From Bdellovibrionota bacterium (GTDB taxonomy: Bacteria > Bdellovibrionota_C > UBA2361), in contig JBILDU010000103.1 in the NCBI GenBank assembly GCA_044352465.1, forward strand, positions 1 to 10,059: a stretch of 10,059 nucleotides of DNA, read 5' to 3'. The first letter of the stretch is position 1. Each line of letters opens with the position of its first letter. The position numbers and the translations under genes were made by a program. Of this stretch, positions 1 through 5,854 are shown piece by piece. The notes below the pieces were generated by a model. That model had not been told where the DNA came from. It was given only the letters and a program-made list of their open reading frames with translations, and did not search any database.

Positions 1-1408
1 CATGCTCACCGGCACCGATGAACACGGACAAAAGGTCCAAAATGCGGCTAAGGCCCGCGGTCTCGAGCCCCAAGCTCACTGCGACGACATGATGCAGGGG
101 TTCCAAAAAGCGTGGAAGGACCTCGAAATTACCCCAGACATCTTCATGCGAACCACTTTTCCTTTTCACCGCGAGGTCGTGCAGCGGTGTCTCCAGGACC
201 TCTTCGACCGGGGGGAGATCTACGCTCAGGACTACACCGGATGGTACTCGGTGAGCGAGGAGATATTCTACACCGAAAAAGATCTCGTGGAGGGTAAGAG
301 CCCTGCGGGTAAAGAGGTACAGCAGATCACCGAGCGCAATTATTTTTTCCGGATGTCGAAGTATCAAACGGCGCTCATCGAATACATCCAAAATAACCCC
401 GACTTTATCCAACCAGCTGGCAAACGCTCCGAGGTCATCGGTTTTCTTCAGCAGCCCCTCGGAGACCTATGTATTAGTCGCCCGAAGAGCCGGTTGAGTT
501 GGGGAATCGAGATCCCGTTCGACAAAGACTATGTAACGTACGTGTGGTTCGATGCCTTGTTGAATTACGTATCTGCGCTCGGCTGGGGTCAAGGTGGAGA
601 GAAGCACGCCCATTTCGAACGTTTTTGGCCCGAAGCGATCCATCTTATCGGGAAAGATATCCTGATAACCCACACCGTCTATTGGCCCACGATGTTAATG
701 GCGCTCGGCATGCCCCTTCCGAAAACCATCTTCGCCCACGGTTGGTGGCTCAACGCCGTCGGTGGGAAGATGAGTAAATCCGAGGGGCCGGTGGTCGATC
801 CGCTGCAAATGCTCGACACGGTGGGCGCCGATGCGCTGCGCTATTTCCTGTGTCGTGAGATCCAACTCGGTAACGACGCCCAGTTTTCACCGGAGACGAT
901 GGTGAATCGGATTAACGCCGAGCTCGCTAACAATCTCGGCAACCTCTTTAGCCGCGCGGTCAACTTAGTGGTGAAGTATTTCGATGGGGTACTCCCCGCG
1001 CAGACTGCGAGTCATCCGGCAACGGGCGAGCTTGCTGATCTGGCGCGCCAAACCCCAGCCCGTGTGAAGAAGTGCGTCGAGCAGCTCGATCTTAACGGCG
1101 CCCTCGGTCAAGTCATCGATCTTCTGAACGCAACCAACAAGTACCTTGATGTCATCGCACCGTGGAAGACCGCCAAGGAGAACCTCGCGCTCGCCGGCGA
1201 AAGTCTCTATGCCGCGCTCGAGAACGTCCGTATCGCGGCTATTCTCCTGACACCCGTGATGCCAACGAAGATGGCGGGGCTCTTGGGCGCACTTGGATAC
1301 GCCGACGCCCAACCCTTCGGGGCCGCGACGCACTTCGGGGGACTGCCAGGTGGTCTTAAACTGGCGAAACCGGCCCCGCTCTTTCCGCGGGTTGAGATCC
1401 CAGCGTAA
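1..1408 (+). CDS. metG: Methionyl-tRNA synthetase, 5'-truncated by the window edge; short form with no C-terminal tRNA-binding/dimerisation appendage
   Basis: Motifs LTGTDEHGQK, DLCISRPK..WGI, YVWFDALLNY, IGKDILITHTVYWP, AHGWW, KMSKS (767-781), N.ELANNLGNL, APWK, ending PLFPRVEIPA*. The HIGH motif is absent, so the true start is upstream of the window. Confidence 0.97.
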   Translation, partial: MLTGTDEHGQKVQNAAKARGLEPQAHCDDMMQGFQKAWKDLEITPDIFMRTTFPFHREVVQRCLQDLFDRGEIYAQDYTGWYSVSEEIFYTEKDLVEGKSPAGKEVQQITERNYFFRMSKYQTALIEYIQNNPDFIQPAGKRSEVIGFLQQPLGDLCISRPKSRLSWGIEIPFDKDYVTYVWFDALLNYVSALGWGQGGEKHAHFERFWPEAIHLIGKDILITHTVYWPTMLMALGMPLPKTIFAHGWWLNAVGGKMSKSEGPVVDPLQMLDTVGADALRYFLCREIQLGNDAQFSPETMVNRINAELANNLGNLFSRAVNLVVKYFDGVLPAQTASHPATGELADLARQTPARVKKCVEQLDLNGALGQVIDLLNATNKYLDVIAPWKTAKENLALAGESLYAALENVRIAAILLTPVMPTKMAGLLGALGYADAQPFGAATHFGGLPGGLKLAKPAPLFPRVEIPA

Positions 1409-1634
1409 GGAAAAAGACTGCCCCCACGCGGATCTGCGCTGATTGACCGGCTGAGGCGGCGCCTCAGCTTGAGTAGCTCGACGAGCTCGTTTACCCTGGG
1501 GCAGCCTCGGCGGGGCCGCCACGCCGCCCGATGCTCAGGTGCTGCACCAAAGCAAGGCATGTGGCATGACTCAAAAATAGGCCGGAGACCCCGGTGAGCT
1601 GACCTTCCGTTTGGGCCCAGCAAAAAGCAAGCGT

Positions 1635-2393
1635 ATGGTGTTTTTAAAGCAGGATAGAACGAGCCTCCATCCTCTTCGGCGAGTCAGGGGGCGGTGTATT
1701 CGCGCTGCCATCGTGGCTTTTCTCACCATGCCCTCTCTGTGCGGCGCAGCCGACGAATCGAGCCGCCTCACGTACTACCTGCGAAAGGAATCACCCCTTA
1801 CCCGGATCGAACAGGCCCTCGGTATCACACCCCAGTCAAGTCGAAACACGGCGCGACTCACCGGCGTCCGGCATTATTCCCCTACCGCGATCCAACGAAC
1901 CGAGCGGCCATTCACGTGGGGAAAGCTCTTTGAAGGGTGGCGCGGATTCCAAAGACGGGATCGCCTCTACGGAGTCAAAAACGCATCCTCAGCTCCGCAG
2001 CTCTTTGGTACGACCACGCGGGTAACGCCGAGTCGGCTTTACGGTATCGTGGCCGAACGCTCACGCCGCGACGACTTCGGCGGGCTTGCCTTTCGGTGGG
2101 GGGAGGATCGGAACCTTCTCTTTCGTGGCCAACCGCGCCCCCGCGACCACCAGATCTACGGCCCCCAGTTTACGAGTCAGCGGCGGATATTGGAGCGGCA
2201 GCGCTGGCGTCCAAGCGAGATATACGGATCGGGGTTAGTGGCTCCGCGGGATCGACTCTACGGGATACGACGATCCGACCTCTCGAGTCGCCGCCTCTCT
2301 CGGGTTAATGCAGGTGGTGTGTCAGCGATACTCGATCGCGGAAGACTCGGGCGTCAGAGCTCGCTGCGAGGGCGGAGACTTTTTGGACTGTAA
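1635..2393 (+). CDS. Hypothetical Arg-rich protein with probable signal peptide and repeated x-[LI]-[YF]-G motifs; start uncertain (TTG 1611 or ATG 1635)
   Basis: Longest ORF in the interval. Basic n-region followed by hydrophobic CIRAAIVAFLTMPSLCGA. Motifs recur in frame (RLYG x3, QLFG, QIYG, EIYG, RLFG), which argues that this frame is the coding one. Confidence 0.7.
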   Translation: MVFLKQDRTSLHPLRRVRGRCIRAAIVAFLTMPSLCGAADESSRLTYYLRKESPLTRIEQALGITPQSSRNTARLTGVRHYSPTAIQRTERPFTWGKLFEGWRGFQRRDRLYGVKNASSAPQLFGTTTRVTPSRLYGIVAERSRRDDFGGLAFRWGEDRNLLFRGQPRPRDHQIYGPQFTSQRRILERQRWRPSEIYGSGLVAPRDRLYGIRRSDLSSRRLSRVNAGGVSAILDRGRLGRQSSLRGRRLFGL

Positions 2394-2471
2394 CACCAGC
2401 GGAACTACGCCGAGGACTCCTGTATTCCAGCCCTTAAAAGCCCGACGATGAACGGGGCAGTGAAGCTCCCC

Positions 2472-2509
2472 AAAAAAAACAGCCCGGCTCGTGTCCCCAC
2501 GAACCGGGC
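2472..2509 (-). terminator. Rho-independent terminator for the 2565-2840 gene
   Basis: Minus strand reads GCCCGGTTCGTG-GGGA-CACGAGCCGGGC-TG-TTTTTTTT: a 12-bp stem with one U.G pair that only works on this strand, a GNRA loop and an 8-T tract. Confidence 0.88.
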
Positions 2510-2564
2510 CGCCAACCCGCTAACTCTCGCGCCGAACTCACCTCGAGAGGCAAGCGTCGCGTCG

Positions 2565-2840
2565 TTAAAAAACCTCGTAATCTCGCTCAACCAGCATCTC
2601 TTCCGCTCCGTGAGTACTCACCGGAGTAAAGAGATCGCCGCTATCATCGAGGATCGATTGCATCTGAGCGAATACCTCCTCGAACGGCTCCGCTGACCAT
2701 TGGTCGTGAGTCGGTATCTGAACAACCTCAAGGATCGAATCAAAGACCGGTATCAGCATCGGGGCGGAGAGCTCCGCCTCGGAGTACATCCACCGGGCCA
2801 CCGTTACCCACATCACCATGCTAAACATCAATCGAAACAT
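2565..2840 (-). CDS. Hypothetical 91-aa protein with hydrophobic N-terminus and acidic C-terminal part
   Basis: ATG preceded by purine-rich GAGGGGAGGGG-TT (SD-like) and followed by the intrinsic terminator at 2472-2509. N-terminus MFRLMFSMVMWVTVARW. Confidence 0.75.
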   Translation of the reverse strand: MFRLMFSMVMWVTVARWMYSEAELSAPMLIPVFDSILEVVQIPTHDQWSAEPFEEVFAQMQSILDDSGDLFTPVSTHGAEEMLVERDYEVF

Positions 2841-3103
2841 AACCCCTCCCCTCGCTAACCTCGTCGGCTCGTTGGTGGCGTTGGACTTACGCCCCCAGCG
2901 AACAAGCGACCGACCTTAGCTTCACCAGAGACATCGTATCGATTGGAAAATCGGGTAACGATCGGGCGCTAAAAAACCTTAGAAAAAAATCGTACGTCGC
3001 CAAGACCGGACTAAGGTGTTGGAATCGCAACAGATAAAAGGCGAGCTAGAGTTGGCAATTTGAAAAATCCCCCCTGGGGCAAGGCCGGTCTCAGAGTGAC
3101 ACC

Positions 3104-3382
3104 TTAGGACTCGACCCCGATTCCAAGCGCCGCGGAGAGTGCCCGAGCGCGGGCCTTACGCTTTTTAATAGCTTCAACCTCGCTACGAAAGAGGGACCAA
3201 AAAAGAGGCTGGGGTAACCGTTCGCGCCGCTCCGCCGCCTTTACGGTGGCATCGCGAAGGCGCTCAACCCGTTCAGCGACGCGCGAGCGTTGCGGTGCAA
3301 GAATCTCATCGACAACCGGATCGGCCGCCTCGGGCGTTGGAGGCAAGGGGTTTTTAGACGAGGTACGGTTGCTTTCACTCAC
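3104..3382 (-). CDS. Hypothetical 92-aa basic, probably helical protein; likely GTG start at 3382 rather than 3457
   Basis: (M)SESNRTSSKNPLPPTPEAADPVVDEILAPQRSRVAERVERLRD...LFWSLFRSEVEAIKKRKARARALSAALG. A sigma70-like promoter lies directly in front of the GTG. Confidence 0.65.
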   Translation of the reverse strand: MSESNRTSSKNPLPPTPEAADPVVDEILAPQRSRVAERVERLRDATVKAAERRERLPQPLFWSLFRSEVEAIKKRKARARALSAALGIGVES

Positions 3383-3388
3383 CCTACA

Positions 3389-3417
3389 ATTATACCCGTG
3401 CACCTTTTGGGCAGCAA
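3389..3417 (-). promoter_or_regulatory. Sigma70-type promoter, probably producing a leaderless mRNA
   Basis: TTGCTG (3417-3412), 17 nt, TATAAT (3394-3389), 6 nt, GTG (3382). Confidence 0.7.
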
Positions 3418-3627
3418 CGCGAATCGGCATCCCCTCGCTGTCGAATCCATCCATCAACGCGAATTGATCGTCTGAACCCTCGGCCGATGTCCCCGCATTC
3501 GCATTGAATCCGATGGTTTACTCTCGCTTAAATTCCGGGGCTACGGGGAGACGCCGGAGGTTCGCGGGCAACCCTTTGACCACGGCATGTTGACCGGAGA
3601 GTCGCGCGGGCGGCCTTCGATCCTTTT

Positions 3628-3656
3628 TTGCGGCGGCCGCGGTTGTCTGCTACCCT
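3628..3656 (+). promoter_or_regulatory. Sigma70-type extended -10 promoter, probably leaderless
   Basis: TTGCGG (3628-3633), 17-nt spacer ending in TG-c, TACCCT (3651-3656), 6 nt, ATG (3663). No SD before the ATG. Confidence 0.55.
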
Positions 3657-3662
3657 TCCGCC

Positions 3663-4286
3663 ATGGCAACGAACACCGCACCCCGCTCACCGGACAAGCT
3701 CTTCCTCGCTCTTTTTGCCCTCGCGATTATTGTGGTGGGCGGGCTGTGGTTTAGCATTCAAGGGATCATAGCACCATCGAAGGAAACCGCGACCGAGCTT
3801 CTCCGCACCCCCGCCCCCGAGACGCTTAATGCGCTCTACTCAGCGAGAACTGAGAGCGGCGATGTAGCGGAGTTTTTTGATAAGACCACGAACCATAAAT
3901 TTAGTGTCGCGATCGCTCCACGCGAGGAACCAACAGCGCCGACTCCCCAACAGCTGCTTGATGCAGTAATCGAGTTTCAAGCCAGCCGCGCCATCAACCC
4001 TCAATTCGCTCCTCTTACCGTAAAATTTAGTCAGGCGCTCTTCACCGGTCGGCGAGCGTACGATGTGACGGAGGGGACCATTACCGTGGACGGCGTTACG
4101 TATCCGGTCCTCCGGTTTTTAACTAACAAGGGCGCGAATCACGCCATCACCGTCTTTAGTCGCCCGAATGAGCAGGTCGTTATCTTAGCGCTTAAAAAGA
4201 ACGGGCCGGTTGATACCGCGGCTTTAGAGCGCTTTATGGCGCAGGTTCGCCCGAGCACCACCGCGAGTGCGCCGCCAACCCCTTAA
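3663..4286 (+). CDS. Hypothetical 207-aa protein with one N-terminal transmembrane anchor
   Basis: Hydrophobic LFLALFALAIIVVGGLWFSI followed by a mixed alpha/beta-looking soluble domain. No competing ORF in the interval. Confidence 0.85.
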   Translation: MATNTAPRSPDKLFLALFALAIIVVGGLWFSIQGIIAPSKETATELLRTPAPETLNALYSARTESGDVAEFFDKTTNHKFSVAIAPREEPTAPTPQQLLDAVIEFQASRAINPQFAPLTVKFSQALFTGRRAYDVTEGTITVDGVTYPVLRFLTNKGANHAITVFSRPNEQVVILALKKNGPVDTAALERFMAQVRPSTTASAPPTP

Positions 4287-4462
4287 AAACACCAAGCATC
4301 GAAAGCCCTTGATCCGCGGTTTTTTGACCAATGAGGCCATTCAACCGGGTGAGCGGCTTCCTGAATTCTCTCGGGTCGTAAGCCGTCTTACGGACGCAAT
4401 TCTTGATTAGCCTCCCGATAAGGGAGATTATCGCGGGGGATGAAGAAAGGAGCTAGTCCGGT

Positions 4463-4732
4463 ATGCTAAAACGCCTTGTCACAGCGATAGTTTTCCTTGT
4501 TCCGAGCGTCCTCGCCGCGACCGGTTGCATCCAGCGCCAGCAATACAACTACTCCTATCCCGACTTCCCCTACTATACGAGCGACGACAGTTGTGGGTCG
4601 GCGAGCGCAGCGGAGTGCCGCTGGGCGAAAGCAGAGGTTCAAAAGATAAAAGAGGAGTCGGCCGCTGCCACGTGGGGCTCCGCCGTTGCGCTCACCCTGC
4701 TCGCCTCAATCGACGTGGAGCCAGAAAATTAA
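4463..4732 (+). CDS. Hypothetical small (89 aa) probable lipoprotein
   Basis: SD AAGGAG (4447-4452). MLKRLVTAIVFLVPSVLAATG-C is lipobox-like. Tyr-rich segment, a further Cys pair and a hydrophobic C-terminal stretch. Confidence 0.75.
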   Translation: MLKRLVTAIVFLVPSVLAATGCIQRQQYNYSYPDFPYYTSDDSCGSASAAECRWAKAEVQKIKEESAAATWGSAVALTLLASIDVEPEN

Positions 4733-4792
4733 TCTGGCCAAACGACCGCTCCCTCTCGAAACGGAAGAAAAGGTCGCTCCTCCTACCGGCGC

Positions 4793-5677
4793 TTAGGCAC
4801 CCCGCCCCTCAAGTCGCGCGATACGAAGATCCAACGACGGGTGGCTCGAGAACAGCAAACTGAATCGAGACGGCTGACCACTAATCTTGAGCGAGTTCAT
4901 CGACTCGGCCTGGCTGTAAGCGAGTGTCGGCATACCCCGTTGGAGCGAACGGAGAGCCGCGATCATCTTTCCGTTACCAACATAGCGTCCAGCTCCAGCG
5001 TCAGCCCGGAACTCACGGTGGCGGGAGAACCACATCACGACCATCATCCCGAGAATACCGAGAAGAATATCGAGCACGAGTACGACAACAAAATGCACCA
5101 TCGAGCGATTCTCCTCTTTCACCGTTTGCGAGGCGGCAAAAGCGATCACTCGGGCGAGGAACATCACCACGGCGTTCACGACGCCTTGGAGAAGGGTCAT
5201 CGTGACCATATCGCCGTTCGCGATATGGGCTACCTCATGAGCCGCGACCCCCTCGACCTCATCTCGTTTCATACTGCGGAGCAGGCCGGTAGAGAAAGCG
5301 ACCAAAGCGCGACTTTTCGTCGGTCCCGTGGCGAAAGCATTGATTTCGGGGCTCTCGTAGATTCCAATCTCAGGTGTCTTGGGGAGCCCCGCGCTCTTGG
5401 CGATCTGATCAACCATGTTGACCACCCACTGGAGCTCACCGGCGTTCTCCCGGCTGATAACCTTTACTCCAAGCATCCACTTCGCCATCACGCGAGAGAG
5501 GGCGAGGGAGATGAAGGCACCGCCCATACCCCAGACAAGACAGAAGGCCATCAACGCCTGATAATCGATCCCTTGGGCAGTTAGGTACGGTTTCACCCCA
5601 AGGACGTTGAGGACGATAGAGATCGTCACCAGGATGAGCAGATTGGTGATACAGAACAGAACGATACGCTTCAACAT
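4793..5677 (-). CDS. htpX: Protease HtpX (M48 membrane zinc metalloprotease)
   Basis: N-terminus MLKRIVLFCITNL, INAFATG, ALVAFSTGLL, HEVAH (HEXXH) followed by IANGDMVTMTLLQGVVN, FSRHREFRAD, SHPSLDLRI. Confidence 0.97.
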   Translation of the reverse strand: MLKRIVLFCITNLLILVTISIVLNVLGVKPYLTAQGIDYQALMAFCLVWGMGGAFISLALSRVMAKWMLGVKVISRENAGELQWVVNMVDQIAKSAGLPKTPEIGIYESPEINAFATGPTKSRALVAFSTGLLRSMKRDEVEGVAAHEVAHIANGDMVTMTLLQGVVNAVVMFLARVIAFAASQTVKEENRSMVHFVVVLVLDILLGILGMMVVMWFSRHREFRADAGAGRYVGNGKMIAALRSLQRGMPTLAYSQAESMNSLKISGQPSRFSLLFSSHPSLDLRIARLEGRGA

Positions 5678-5714
5678 ACGAAGAGCCCCGTAAAAAATCC
5701 GAAATCAGCCACAA

Positions 5715-5743
5715 ATTGTAGCTGGCTCAGCGAAAGTGCACAA
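5715..5743 (-). promoter_or_regulatory. Sigma70-type promoter of htpX
   Basis: TTGTGC (5743-5738), 17 nt, TACAAT (5720-5715), 37 nt before the ATG. Confidence 0.6.
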
Positions 5744-5795
5744 GAGAACGAGGAACCGCAATGACGCCGATTACGAGCGCGAAAAGATTAACAGG

Positions 5796-5811
5796 TCCCT
5801 TTTTCAAGGGA
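5796..5811 (-). terminator. Possible weak terminator or stabilising hairpin downstream of glpK
   Basis: Minus strand TCCCTT-GAAA-AAGGGA (GNRA loop), followed only by a poor U-tract (CCTGTTAATCTTTT). Confidence 0.3.
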
Positions 5812-5854
5812 ACGCCCTCCTCAGAGAGCACGGCCGGAGTATGGGGTTACCGGA

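Noticed and set aside
1418..1504. Possible tRNA or SRP RNA
   Set aside because: No GTTCRA T-loop, canonical anticodon arm, CCA end or SRP helix-8 motif on either strand; kept only as an unexplained structure.
1551..1566. Sigma54-like TGCCAC-N5-TTGCT on the minus strand
   Set aside because: The invariant GG at -24 is GC here, and it points antisense into metG.
965..1623. Minus-strand ORFs of 185 and 138 aa overlapping the metG 3' end
   Set aside because: Largely antisense to metG, with composition typical of GC-rich non-coding frames.
2405..2696. ORFs 2448-2696 (+) and 2405-2590 (-)
   Set aside because: They overlap the better-supported 91-aa gene and run through its terminator.
3383..3457. 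N-terminal extension of the 117-aa ORF
   Set aside because: Contains a near-consensus sigma70 promoter pointing at GTG 3382, so it is probably non-coding.
3418..3627. Possible 6S RNA or riboswitch in the 210-nt gap between the divergent promoters
   Set aside because: I found no long terminal pairing or recognisable aptamer motif by eye; an Rfam scan would be needed to exclude it fully.
4414..4421. FliA/sigma28-like -10 element CCCGATAA
   Set aside because: No TAAA-like -35 at 15-nt spacing; better explained as one arm of an inverted repeat.
4841..5584. 247-aa His-rich ORF on the + strand
   Set aside because: Antisense shadow of htpX; the His/Asp/Glu richness mirrors hydrophobic codons on the coding strand.
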